Origin: Escherichia coli
GTDB taxonomy: Bacteria > Pseudomonadota > Gammaproteobacteria > Enterobacterales > Enterobacteriaceae
Length of the DNA: 64,000 bases
Strand: one strand, 5' to 3'
Assembly: GCF_003991155.1 (NCBI RefSeq)
Contig: NZ_CP031293.1
Below, one piece after another: positions 39,874 to 49,685 of this stretch. The notes beneath the pieces were generated by a model. It was not told where the DNA came from. It made no database searches and saw nothing but the letters and a program-made list of their open reading frames with translations. Numbering within the stretch: the first letter of the stretch is position 1; every line of letters begins with the position of its first letter. A program made the position numbers and the translations under genes.

Positions 39874-40508
39874 TGTTTTGCCGCCTTGATGAGAGTGGTT
39901 TTCACCGGGAAATAATCCGCGCCAATATACTGTTCCGACTGGCGAATTTGCCCTTCGCTGTCGATCCAATAGCGGTTATGCCAGCGCGCCTGGTCAGTGA
40001 AGACTTCTTCGTCCAGCACGCGAACCGGGGTTTCATCGCTGCCGACTTTGACGGTATCGGTGCCATTCCATTTGAAGACTGAGCGCGCGGTGGCGTAGCG
40101 TACCTGCTGGTACTCGGTCCAGCCCATCGTGCGCGTCCAGGTTGCACCATCAATGATTTGTGCGGGTTTAATCAGCGGGTCGGTGGCAAGGTTATTCACT
40201 TCAATCAGGTTGTCGCCGCCAAGCAAAGTCTTCACCAGACGACCATGTTGTGTGACAAGGGTGGCCTGATCCTGAGTGACCCATTTTTGTTGTCCGTCTT
40301 CAGCGAAGGCCAGCACCACAAATAACTGCGGCCCGCCATTAAGCTGCATGTACTGGCTGGCGTAGGGCATATTTTGAATATCATCGTCCGTCAGCTGTAC
40401 GCCTGGCGTACCGAACAGACTGTCCCACAGTGAATTGCCCAGCTCTTTAGTCGTGGCTGAACAGGCCTGTAAAAGCAGGCAGATAAGAATGAGTGCAGGT
40501 CGCTTCAC
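39870..40508 (-). CDS. yjbF: Lipoprotein YjbF
   Basis: Lipobox LLQAC; GTG at 40508 gives about 212 aa. Confidence 0.85.
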   Translation of the reverse strand: MKRPALILICLLLQACSATTKELGNSLWDSLFGTPGVQLTDDDIQNMPYASQYMQLNGGPQLFVVLAFAEDGQQKWVTQDQATLVTQHGRLVKTLLGGDNLIEVNNLATDPLIKPAQIIDGATWTRTMGWTEYQQVRYATARSVFKWNGTDTVKVGSDETPVRVLDEEVFTDQARWHNRYWIDSEGQIRQSEQYIGADYFPVKTTLIKAAKQ

Positions 40509-40621
40509 GACTCTTCTCCAGAGGGGCAGAATAACCACACCGGAGTGTGGTTATGGTAAATCCCTTCATACTTCAAGCCACAGATGCGATGACTCGAATT
40601 ATTTTGGGGATACATACTTTA

Positions 40622-40864
40622 TTACTGGGTACTGGTGGTCGTGGTTGTGGTGGTCCCGGTATTAGAACCATCACCGCCACCGGTTGCCGCGAGCGCGACA
40701 CCCACCGCCGAGCTTACGGTGCTGACGCTGGTCGCGGAGGAACTCCCCGCCGAAACCGACGTTGCTGCCGACCCTGCCGCTTCGCCCACCTGTACAGGTG
40801 CAGCCCACGCAGAAGTCGCCGCAAGCGCAGATATGGCAAAAATGCCATACAGAACTTTTTTCAT
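40622..40864 (-). CDS. yjbE: Secreted Gly/Ser/Thr-rich protein YjbE
   Basis: 80 aa; signal peptide then low-complexity sequence including a poly-Thr run. Confidence 0.85.
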
Positions 40865-41177
40865 AACAATTTCCCTTCATTGAATGAATGGAGATTTACC
40901 CAAAAACATTTCGGGCGGGATCGAGTATACACAACTAAAGCATGCGAATTACGGCGCGGGTAATTAGTGATGGGGTTTTAGGATAATTGGAATGAATATC
41001 AAATATAAGCTTCATCTTATATATAAATAAGATTAAAAATCAAAAAGTTAAAATAAAATCAGAAATAATTAACCTACGTATTTTCCGAAATAAACCGTGA
41101 TTAAAAATCTATTTTAGGATTAACCTCACGGTATGATTTCCGTTAAATCACAGACAAGAGGATTTATCTGATAAAAA

Positions 41178-41205
41178 ATGCCGACATAACGTCGGCATTT
41201 TTATT
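41178..41205. terminator. Rho-independent terminator downstream of pgi
   Basis: atgccgac / gtcggcat hairpin flanked by A- and T-runs. Confidence 0.8.
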
Positions 41206-41217
41206 AAGGTTATTTAA

Positions 41218-42867
41218 TTAACCGCGCCACGCTTTATAGCGGTTAATCAGACCATTGGTCGAGCTATCGTGGCTGCTGATTTCTTTGTCATCTTTCAGCT
41301 CTGGCAGAATACGGTTCGCCAGCTGTTTACCCAGTTCCACGCCCCACTGGTCGAAGGTGAAGATGTTCAGGATCACGCCCTGAGTAAAGATTTTGTGCTC
41401 ATACAGCGCAATCAACGCACCCAGGCTGAACGGAGTGATTTCACGCAGCAGGATGGAGTTGGTCGGGCGGTTACCTTCGAACACTTTGAACGGCACCACG
41501 TAGTCAAGCGTTGCCGGATCTTTACCCTGATCGCGATATTCCTGCTCAACCACTTCGCGGGATTTACCAAACGCCAGCGCTTCGGTCTGAGCAAAGAAGT
41601 TAGACAGCAGTTTCTGGTGATGATCAGAGAGCGGGTTATGGGTGATAGCCGGAGCGATGAAATCGCACGGTACCATTTTGGTTCCCTGGTGGATCAGCTG
41701 ATAGAACGCGTGCTGACCGTTCGTACCTGGTTCACCCCAGATAATCGGGCCAGTCTGGTAATCCACAACCTTACCGTTACGGTCAACATACTTACCGTTG
41801 GACTCCATATTGCCCTGCTGGAAGTACGCCGCGAAACGGTGCATATACTGGTCATAAGGCAGAATCGCTTCAGTTTCCGCGCCAAAGAAATTGTTGTACC
41901 AGATGCCAATCAGCGCCAGCAGTACAGGCAGGTTTTTCTCGGCAGGCGTGGTGGAGAAATGCTTGTCCATCGCGTGTGCGCCAGAAAGCAGTTCAACGAA
42001 GTTATCAAAGCCGATGGAGAGAACAATCGACAGGCCAATCGCTGACCACAAAGAGTAACGACCGCCGACCCAGTCCCAGAATTCGAACATGTTGGCAGTA
42101 TCAATACCAAACTCGCCAACGGCTTTGGCGTTGGTGGAAAGCGCCGCAAAGTGTTTCGCAACGTGTTTCTCATCACCTGCCGCTTTCAGGAACCAGTCAC
42201 GCGCGCTATGGGCGTTGGTCATGGTTTCCTGAGTGGTGAAGGTTTTAGATGCTACCAGGAACAGCGTGGTTTCCGGGTTTACTTTTTTCAGCACTTCCGC
42301 GATGTGAGTCCCATCGACGTTAGAAACAAAGTGCATGTTCAGGTGGTTTTTGTATGGACGCAGTGCTTCAGTCACCATGTACGGGCCGAGGTCAGAACCG
42401 CCGATCCCGATGTTCACTACGTCAGTGATTGCTTTGCCGGTATAGCCTTTCCACTCACCGGAAATAATCGCTTCCGAGAAGGTTTTCATCTTCTCCAGCA
42501 CCGCGTTGACTTCCGGCATTACGTCTTTGCCATCAACCAGAATCGGGGTATTGCTACGGTTACGCAGCGCTACGTGCAGCACGGCGCGGTTTTCAGTGCG
42601 GTTGATCTTCTCGCCAGAGAACATCGACTTAATCGCGCCCGCCAGATCGCACTCTTTCGCCAGATCCTGTAATTTCGCCAGCGTCTCTTCAGTGATGCGG
42701 TTTTTGGAGTAATCCACCAGCATCTGATCGTCGAAGGTTGCGGAGAACTTAGAAAAACGATCGCCGTCTTTAGCAAAAAGATCGGCGATCGTAACGTCTT
42801 TCATTTCATCGAAGTGTTTCTGTAGTGCCTGCCAGGCAGCGGTCTGCGTTGGATTGATGTTTTTCAT
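41218..42867 (-). CDS. pgi: Glucose-6-phosphate isomerase Pgi
   Basis: ATG at 42867 gives 549 aa starting [15 protein letters not shown]. Confidence 0.97.
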
Positions 42868-43050
42868 TAGCAATACTCTTCTGATTTTGAGAATTGTGAC
42901 TTTGGAAGATTGTAGCGCCAGTCACAGAAAAATGTGATGGTTTTAGTGCCGTTAGCGTAATGTTGAGTGTAAACCCTTAGCGCAGTGAAGCATTTATTAG
43001 CTGAACTACTGACCGCCAGGAGTGGATGAAAAATCCGCATGACCCCATCG

Positions 43051-43082
43051 TTGACAACCGCCCCGCTCACCCTTTATTTATA
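43051..43082 (+). promoter_or_regulatory. Candidate lysC sigma-70 promoter
   Basis: TTGACA at 43051-43056 and a TA-rich -10 candidate about 17 bp downstream. Confidence 0.5.
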
Positions 43083-43104
43083 AATGTACTACCTGCGCTA
43101 GCGC

Positions 43105-43385
43105 AGGCCAGAAGAGGCGCGTTGCCCAAGTAACGGTGTTGGAGGAGCCAGTCCTGTGATAACACCTGAGGGGGTGCATCGCCGAGGTGATTGAACGGCT
43201 GGCCACGTTCATCATCGGCTACAGGGGCTGAATCCCCTGGGTTGTCACCAGAAGCGTTCGCAGTCGGGCGTTTCGCAAGTGGTGGAGCACTTCTGGGTGA
43301 AAATAGTAGCGAAGTATCGCTCTGCGCCCACCCGTCTTCCGCTCTTCCCTTGTGCCAAGGCTGAAAATGGATCCCCTGACACGAG
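43105..43385 (+). promoter_or_regulatory. lysC 5' leader containing the lysine riboswitch (L-box)
   Basis: Long structured leader before lysC containing a GAAGAGGCGC element; the overlapping antisense ORF 43067-43612 is considered spurious. Confidence 0.65.
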
Positions 43386-43391
43386 GTAGTT

Positions 43392-44741
43392 ATGTCTGAA
43401 ATTGTTGTCTCCAAATTTGGCGGTACCAGCGTAGCTGATTTTGACGCCATGAACCGCAGCGCTGATATTGTGCTTTCTGATGCCAACGTGCGTTTAGTTG
43501 TCCTCTCGGCTTCTGCTGGTATCACTAATCTGCTGGTCGCTTTAGCTGAAGGACTGGAACCTGGCGAGCGATTCGAAAAACTCGACGCAATCCGCAATAT
43601 CCAGTTTGCCATTCTGGAACGTCTGCGTTACCCGAACGTTATCCGTGAAGAGATTGAACGTCTGCTGGAGAACATTACTGTTCTGGCAGAAGCGGCGGCG
43701 CTGGCAACGTCTCCGGCGCTGACAGATGAACTGGTCAGCCACGGCGAGCTGATGTCGACCCTGCTGTTTGTCGAAATCCTGCGCGAACGCGATGTTCAGG
43801 CACAGTGGTTTGATGTACGTAAAGTGATGCGTACCAACGACCGATTTGGTCGTGCAGAGCCAGATGTAGCCGCGCTGGCGGAACTGGCCGCGCTGCAGCT
43901 GCTCCCACGCCTCAATGAAGGCTTAGTGATCACCCAGGGATTTATCGGTAGCGAAAATAAAGGTCGGACAACGACGCTTGGCCGTGGAGGCAGCGATTAT
44001 ACGGCAGCCTTGCTGGCGGAGGCTTTACACGCATCTCGTGTTGATATCTGGACCGACGTCCCGGGCATCTACACCACCGATCCACGCGTGGTTTCCGCAG
44101 CAAAACGCATTGATGAAATCGCGTTTGCCGAAGCGGCAGAGATGGCAACTTTTGGTGCAAAAGTACTGCATCCGGCAACGTTGCTACCCGCAGTACGCAG
44201 CGATATCCCGGTCTTTGTCGGCTCCAGCAAAGACCCACGCGCAGGTGGTACGCTGGTGTGCAATAAAACTGAAAATCCGCCGCTGTTTCGCGCGCTGGCG
44301 CTTCGTCGCAATCAGACTCTGCTCACTTTGCACAGCCTGAATATGCTGCATTCTCGCGGTTTCCTCGCGGAAGTTTTCGGCATCCTCGCGCGGCATAATA
44401 TTTCGGTAGACTTAATCACCACGTCAGAAGTGAGCGTGGCATTAACCCTTGATACCACCGGTTCAACCTCCACTGGCGATACCTTGCTGACGCAATCTCT
44501 GCTGATGGAGCTGTCTGCACTATGCCGGGTAGAAGTGGAGGAAGGTCTGGCGCTGGTCGCGTTGATTGGCAATGACCTGTCAAAAGCCTGCGGCGTAGGC
44601 AAAGAGGTATTCGGCGTACTGGAACCGTTCAACATTCGCATGATTTGTTACGGCGCATCCAGCCATAACCTGTGCTTCCTGGTGCCCGGCGAAGATGCCG
44701 AGCAGGTGGTGCAGAAGCTGCATTTTAATTTGTTTGAGTAA
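43392..44741 (+). CDS. lysC: Lysine-sensitive aspartokinase III (LysC)
   Basis: 449 aa; N-terminal kinase motif VVSKFGGTSVAD; C-terminal ACT domains. Confidence 0.97.
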   Translation: MSEIVVSKFGGTSVADFDAMNRSADIVLSDANVRLVVLSASAGITNLLVALAEGLEPGERFEKLDAIRNIQFAILERLRYPNVIREEIERLLENITVLAEAAALATSPALTDELVSHGELMSTLLFVEILRERDVQAQWFDVRKVMRTNDRFGRAEPDVAALAELAALQLLPRLNEGLVITQGFIGSENKGRTTTLGRGGSDYTAALLAEALHASRVDIWTDVPGIYTTDPRVVSAAKRIDEIAFAEAAEMATFGAKVLHPATLLPAVRSDIPVFVGSSKDPRAGGTLVCNKTENPPLFRALALRRNQTLLTLHSLNMLHSRGFLAEVFGILARHNISVDLITTSEVSVALTLDTTGSTSTGDTLLTQSLLMELSALCRVEVEEGLALVALIGNDLSKACGVGKEVFGVLEPFNIRMICYGASSHNLCFLVPGEDAEQVVQKLHFNLFE

Positions 44742-44753
44742 ACGATCAGTAGA

Positions 44754-44781
44754 GGTGAATAGCGACCCACGACGCTATTCA
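44754..44781. terminator. lysC terminator hairpin
   Basis: gtgaatagcg / cgctattcac perfect 10-bp inverted repeat with an 8-nt loop. Confidence 0.7.
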
Positions 44782-44795
44782 CCATGCCGGTTCAA

Positions 44796-45143
44796 TTACG
44801 AATTACTGCGGCGCTGTTGCTTTTCCGCATGTACGCGTTTCACAATCTTATAAATCCATTGCAGCGTCAGATTATATTTCTTCGCTAATTCGGCGTAGTT
44901 GCGCCCATCGCACTCGCTATAGATTTGGTAGTCACGCTCCGATGCTCGTCCGGAGATCCCCTTAGGGAAATAAATGCTTTGTCCGCCCCAGTTACGCATC
45001 ATTCGGTCGGCAATGGCAAAGCCCACATTTTCTGCCGATGAACTGTCGAGATTGATGCTTTCAATCAGAACTTGCGATGCATGAAAAGCCAGGTCGTTAA
45101 TGATCTCCGGTGTCCGGGCCATCTCTTTTGATTTTCGTATCAT
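44796..45143 (-). CDS. Mor/C-like transcriptional activator (Mu middle/late activator family)
   Basis: 115 aa with C-terminal HTH (ELAKKYNLTLQWIYKIVKR), resembling the Mor/C family; transcribed divergently from the lysis/tail genes. Confidence 0.7.
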   Translation of the reverse strand: MIRKSKEMARTPEIINDLAFHASQVLIESINLDSSSAENVGFAIADRMMRNWGGQSIYFPKGISGRASERDYQIYSECDGRNYAELAKKYNLTLQWIYKIVKRVHAEKQQRRSNS

Positions 45144-45364
45144 TTTTCATCTCCATATATCTTGCATCCTGAATAAGACCCGATGCGTGTAAAACCACGG
45201 ATATACGCTAAGCAGTTGTCATTACTGCTACTCAATACATTCAACAAACAAATAAACAATTAACAAAAATATAAATTTTTAATATTAATGAACGCCATAA
45301 ATTCATGAAATAGATATATTGTTTGCGTTATGTTTCTTGTCAACAGGTGTATCATTTTACACGA

Positions 45365-45384
45365 TACTGTATACACATACAGTA
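45365..45384. promoter_or_regulatory. LexA-box-like palindrome in the island control region
   Basis: tactgtatacacatacagta, a perfect CTGT-N8-ACAG with TA-rich spacer; flanked by the inverted repeat ttttacac / gtgtaaaa. Confidence 0.6.
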
Positions 45385-45680
45385 TTATTTTTACTTGTAG
45401 TGTAAAAAGATCGTTTCCCTCACAGTCGCTGACTTTCTTAAACAAACTTTAAAAATCAAATAACTACTGACTATTCCTACGATTCACCATCATCTTTTCC
45501 CTGCATAATGACGCGCTTATTCGCGAGGTCACCTTTTGCTCTTTAATTGCTGAGTGGATTTATTAGCGGGCATGTTCATTTATAGAGAATCTATTTTTTA
45601 AACTTATTTATTAAAGCTTTTTTCATTCTTCACTGGCGGGTTCTGGCGACACTAAACGCTCACTTATCAGGAGATACCGT

Positions 45681-45968
45681 ATGAAAAAAGTCACTCTTCC
45701 CCGGCTTTCCGGTTGGCTGGTCGCTTCCGTCGCGCTGTTTGTCGTGATCGGCTGGACCTCTTCAGCACAAATCCCGGTCGTCATTTATAAACTAAGCCTG
45801 GTTTCGCTTTCCGCGGTGCTGGGATACTGGCTCGATCGCAGTTTGTTCCCCTGGGCACGGCCTGACTCTTTTTGCCCCTGGAAGGAACCGCGTTGCTGCG
45901 CGGCGGCAATGATTCGCCGGGCTATCATCGTTGCTGCCGTCTGCCTTTCCGTCGCGTTAGGGCTATAG
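45681..45968 (+). CDS. Small membrane protein, putative holin
   Basis: 95 aa with 2-3 predicted TM segments; AGGAGA RBS; first gene of the lysis cassette. Confidence 0.5.
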   Translation: MKKVTLPRLSGWLVASVALFVVIGWTSSAQIPVVIYKLSLVSLSAVLGYWLDRSLFPWARPDSFCPWKEPRCCAAAMIRRAIIVAAVCLSVALGL

Positions 45969-45970
45969 TG

Positions 45971-46576
45971 ATGTGGCTGAAATATATCGCGTCTATGATT
46001 ATTTTCGTTCTTTTCCCACTCAACGCCTCTGAACCGCCGAGAGCCTCTCTGGCATGGCGAAACGAACTAATTCGTACAGCTCGAGAAGTCTGGGGGCTGA
46101 ATGCCCCAGTGGCCGACTTTGCCGGGCAATTACACCAGGAGTCCGCCTGGCAGCCAATGGTACGTTCCCCCGTTGGCGCACAAGGTATGGCGCAATTTAT
46201 GCCTGCTACAGCGACATGGATAAGCCAGTTGTATCCACAATTGCGTGAAAACAAACCGTATAACCCAACCTGGGCGATTCGCGCGCTGGTGCAATATGAC
46301 CAGCATTTGTGGAAAAACATCTCTGCGAAAAATGATTGTCAGCGTATGGCGTTTACCCTAAGCGCCTATAACGGCGGTCAGGGGTGGGTTAACCGGGATA
46401 AAAAACTGGCTGCATCCAAAGGGTTAGATGCCACTAGCTGGTTTGGTCATGTTGAGCAAGTCAACGCCGGGCGCAGCGCCACGAACTGGCGAGAAAATCG
46501 TCGCTATCCAAAGATGATCCTCTATCAACATGCCGCCCGCTATTTACTCTGGGGACAGGCAAGCTGTCTTCATTAA
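45971..46576 (+). CDS. Lytic transglycosylase-type endolysin with N-terminal signal/SAR segment
   Basis: ATG at 45971; hydrophobic N-terminus MWLKYIASMIIFVLFPLNA; SLT-domain catalytic region (LHQESAWQP, AYNGG). Confidence 0.75.
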   Translation: MWLKYIASMIIFVLFPLNASEPPRASLAWRNELIRTAREVWGLNAPVADFAGQLHQESAWQPMVRSPVGAQGMAQFMPATATWISQLYPQLRENKPYNPTWAIRALVQYDQHLWKNISAKNDCQRMAFTLSAYNGGQGWVNRDKKLAASKGLDATSWFGHVEQVNAGRSATNWRENRRYPKMILYQHAARYLLWGQASCLH

Positions 46577-46588
46577 TCAGAGGGGCCG

Positions 46589-46903
46589 ATGAAACTCAGT
46601 ATCGATTTTTGGGAAGTGATCTCCCTTATGCTTTCCTTCGTTGGATTAATGTTTGCTGCCGGAAAACTGCTGTTAGCACAAATTGAAAAACGACTTAATG
46701 AGCGTTTTGAATCTCTGGAAAACGCGCGCCGGGAATCAGAAACAAGTTGGTCGAAACTGGAAAGAGAATTTCTCGAATTTCGTGCCGAGCTTCCGCTGCA
46801 TTATGTCCGCAGAGAAGATTATCTTCGTGGGCAAGCAGTATTAGAAGCGAAGCTGGATGCCTTATATAGCAAAATCGAGCTGTTACAACGTGGCAGTTAT
46901 TGA
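46589..46903 (+). CDS. Spanin-like protein (N-terminal TM plus coiled coil)
   Basis: 104 aa; TM helix then charged coiled-coil region; follows the endolysin. Confidence 0.5.
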   Translation: MKLSIDFWEVISLMLSFVGLMFAAGKLLLAQIEKRLNERFESLENARRESETSWSKLEREFLEFRAELPLHYVRREDYLRGQAVLEAKLDALYSKIELLQRGSY

Positions 46904-46904
46904 A

Positions 46905-46940
46905 AAATCCCCACCCTTATGTAAGGGTGGGGATTTTTTT
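46905..46940 (+). terminator. Strong rho-independent terminator after the lysis cassette
   Basis: aaatccccaccctta / taagggtggggattt 15-bp stem followed by a T-run. Confidence 0.85.
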
Positions 46941-47047
46941 AACCATTCAATTTTTTCTCTAAATCACATTAAAAGATTCTTCACCTTCGCTGCTTCAGAA
47001 TACATTTCAACGATAACGAAGTGAGCGGTAATTAAGGTACAGCCTAT

Positions 47048-47503
47048 ATGGAAATTTTATCTGTAATGAATTCTGTTGTGACCAGATTACGTGAACACAA
47101 CTCCGAAATGGATATATTTATTTCATCTAAGGATGCCCAGAAATATATTCCACAGACACAACGAGTTGCAGTGATTATTAATTATAGCGGTTCTGTCTTT
47201 GCTACGCCCGAAAGCAGTAATGCCATCGTGCAACAGCAAATACTCCGCTTAACCGCCACCGTTATTGTTGGCAAAAATTGTGATGCATTAAACGCACTTG
47301 ATCACATACGCAGCGCATTGGGTGGCCTTCAGCTTCCTGATTGCGATCGTCTTCTTTGGCTTGAAAAAGAAATTAATACGGGTGAGAGCGGCGGTTTCTG
47401 CCGCTACATCCTGGAAATGGCGACCAGCTCGCTATTTATCGCTGAACAGGAAAGCACGGATCTTCCCCTGCTTACGGAAGTTAACTACGAGGAAACTGAA
47501 TGA
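47048..47503 (+). CDS. Tail completion/terminator-like protein (Mu gp37-like)
   Basis: 151 aa immediately upstream of the sheath and tube genes; family call made by sequence recall. Confidence 0.5.
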   Translation: MEILSVMNSVVTRLREHNSEMDIFISSKDAQKYIPQTQRVAVIINYSGSVFATPESSNAIVQQQILRLTATVIVGKNCDALNALDHIRSALGGLQLPDCDRLLWLEKEINTGESGGFCRYILEMATSSLFIAEQESTDLPLLTEVNYEETE

Positions 47504-47697
47504 AATACATCTACAACGGCCCAGCAAGCGGCGTCACCCTTGCCGATGGACAAGAAATCTTATTGTGGCCGAACAGTGAAATTGATCTGCCAGAAGACAA
47601 CGAGTGGGTCATGACCATGATTGCCCGCAATCATCTGACTCCTGTCATCACTCAGGAAGAACAAAATAACGTAGAGGAAATTGTACATGGCAGCTAA
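47500..47697 (+). CDS. Small tail-module protein (Mu gp38-like)
   Basis: 65 aa; ATGA start-stop overlap with the upstream gene. Confidence 0.45.
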   Translation: MKYIYNGPASGVTLADGQEILLWPNSEIDLPEDNEWVMTMIARNHLTPVITQEEQNNVEEIVHGS

Positions 47698-49111
47698 TTA
47701 TCTGCACGGTGTAGAAACTATTGAAATTGAAACCGGCCCGCGTCCGGTTAAAGCGGTAAAATCCGCCGTCATCGCTTTAATCGGTACAGCCCCCTGCGGT
47801 CCGGTAAATAAACCAACATTATGCCTTTCTGAAAGCGATGCTGCGCAGTTTGGCTCGACTCAGGCTAACTTTACGATCCCACAGGCACTGAAGGCAATTT
47901 ATGACCACGGTGCCGGTACGGTGGTGGTGATTAACGTGCTGGATCCGGCAAAACATGGCTCCAACATCAGCAATGAGAGTATCACTTTTGATGCTAACAA
48001 CCAGGCGAAGCTCGCTCACCGCAATGTGCGTAACGTGGTACTAAAGCCCTCTTCATCAAATTCATCAACCTTTAACACCGCAGCATTTAGCGTAGATGAA
48101 CAAACAGGCATAATTACCCGTAAAGGAGCCGACATTCCTCCTGGTGCGAAAGTTTGTGCCTATTATTCCTGGTGCGACCCTACAAAGGTCACCGCAGCCG
48201 ATATTATCGGTACCGTAAATACCGCAGGCGACCGCACGGGGATGAAACTGCTACAGGACACCTATAACCTGTATGGTTTCTACGCCAAAATCCTGCTTGC
48301 TCCCGTGTTCTGTACGCAAAAATCAGTAACTACAGAGCTGATTGCACAAGCGGAAAAACTTGGTGCGATTACCTACATTGATGCCCCGATTGGGACGACA
48401 TTCCAGCAGGTATTGGCAGGACGCGGTTCGCAAGGGGCTATCAACTTCAACACCAGCTCTGATCGTGCGCGTTTATGTTACCCACACGTCAAAGTTTACG
48501 ATGGCATCACTAACCAGGAAGTTCTCGAACCGCTCTCTTCGCGCGCTGCCGGGCTACGTGCCAAAGTAGACCTCGAAAAAGGTTTCTGGTGGAGCAACTC
48601 AAACCAAGAAATTCAGGGTATTACCGGTATTGAACGTTCGCTTTCCGCAATGATTGATGATCCACAAAGCGAAGTGAATCAGCTAAACGAAAACGGCATT
48701 ACCACTATTTTCAATAGTTACGGCTCTGGTCTGCGCTTGTGGGGCAACCGCACTGCAGCGTGGCCTACCGTGACCCATATGCGTAACTTTGAAAACGTCC
48801 GCCGGACAGGCGATGTAATTAATGAGTCAATCCGTTATTTCAGTCAGCAGTATATTGATATGCCGATTAATCAGGCGCTGATTGATGCCCTGACCGAATC
48901 GGTAAATACCTGGGGCCGTAAGCTGATTGCCGACGGCGCACTGCTTGGCTTTGAATGCTGGTACGATCCGGCGCGAAATTCACCGACTGAACTCAGCGCT
49001 GGGCATTTATTGCTGAGCTATAAATTCACCCCACCGCCGCCGCTGGAACGTCTGACGTTTGAAACTGAAATTACTTCTGAATATTTAGTCTCTCTGGAGA
49101 GCAATAGCTAA
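47687..49111 (+). CDS. Contractile tail sheath protein
   Basis: About 474 aa from the ATG at 47687 (track start 47681 is TTG); GAGGAAA RBS; followed by the tube gene. Confidence 0.85.
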   Translation: MAANYLHGVETIEIETGPRPVKAVKSAVIALIGTAPCGPVNKPTLCLSESDAAQFGSTQANFTIPQALKAIYDHGAGTVVVINVLDPAKHGSNISNESITFDANNQAKLAHRNVRNVVLKPSSSNSSTFNTAAFSVDEQTGIITRKGADIPPGAKVCAYYSWCDPTKVTAADIIGTVNTAGDRTGMKLLQDTYNLYGFYAKILLAPVFCTQKSVTTELIAQAEKLGAITYIDAPIGTTFQQVLAGRGSQGAINFNTSSDRARLCYPHVKVYDGITNQEVLEPLSSRAAGLRAKVDLEKGFWWSNSNQEIQGITGIERSLSAMIDDPQSEVNQLNENGITTIFNSYGSGLRLWGNRTAAWPTVTHMRNFENVRRTGDVINESIRYFSQQYIDMPINQALIDALTESVNTWGRKLIADGALLGFECWYDPARNSPTELSAGHLLLSYKFTPPPPLERLTFETEITSEYLVSLESNS

Positions 49112-49635
49112 TGGCTGGAAAAATTCAAATTAACCGTATTACCAACGCCAATATTTATCTCGATGGTAATAACCTTTTAGGTCGTGCAACCGAAATTAAA
49201 TTGCCGGATGTCAGTTTAATTATGCAGGAGCATAAAGCACTGGGCATGGTGGGTAAAATCGAACTCCCGGCGGGTTTCGATAAACTGGAGGGCGAAATTA
49301 AATGGAACTCCTTCTATCAGGACGTAATGCGTAAAACGGCAAACCCGTGGCAGGCGGTTGCATTACAGTGCCGCTCCAGTATTGATTGCTATAACTCCCA
49401 GGGGAAAGCGAATCAATTAGCGCTAGTGACACATTTAACCGTGATGTTTAAAAAGAATCCACTGGGCACATTTAAACAGAATGAAAACCCGGAATTCAGC
49501 AGCGCCTTTGGTTGCACTTATATTAAACAAGTAGTTGATGGTGAAACGCTGCTTGAACTTGATTATATGGCCAATATTTTCCGGGTTAATGGTGTGGATC
49601 AATTAAGTACCTATCGCAATAACATCGGTGGCTAA
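49111..49635 (+). CDS. Tail tube protein (P2 FII-like)
   Basis: 174 aa; ATG overlaps the sheath stop; resembles P2 FII-type tube proteins. Confidence 0.8.
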   Translation: MAGKIQINRITNANIYLDGNNLLGRATEIKLPDVSLIMQEHKALGMVGKIELPAGFDKLEGEIKWNSFYQDVMRKTANPWQAVALQCRSSIDCYNSQGKANQLALVTHLTVMFKKNPLGTFKQNENPEFSSAFGCTYIKQVVDGETLLELDYMANIFRVNGVDQLSTYRNNIGG

Positions 49636-49639
49636 GTTA

Positions 49640-49660
49640 TTCGGGGCTACGGCCCCGAAC
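49640..49660 (+). other. Intra-operon hairpin after the tube gene (possible attenuator)
   Basis: ttcggggc / gccccgaa stem with no following T-run. Confidence 0.4.
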
Positions 49661-49685
49661 TTTGCAAAATAAATAAGGACACAAA

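Noticed and set aside
40547-40963. Arg/Gly-rich ORFs (138, 82 and 69 aa) overlapping yjbE
   Set aside because: Alternative-frame and antisense translations of the repetitive GC-rich yjbE low-complexity region.
41269-42045. 258-aa plus-strand ORF inside pgi
   Set aside because: Antisense to pgi; no independent start or RBS context.
43067-43612. 181-aa minus-strand ORF spanning the lysC leader and start
   Set aside because: Overlaps the structured lysC 5' leader and the lysC N-terminus in antisense; the region is better explained as a riboswitch leader.
45260-45445. 61-aa minus-strand ORF in the island control region
   Set aside because: Lies in AT-rich promoter DNA overlapping the LexA-like box; no RBS and composition-driven.
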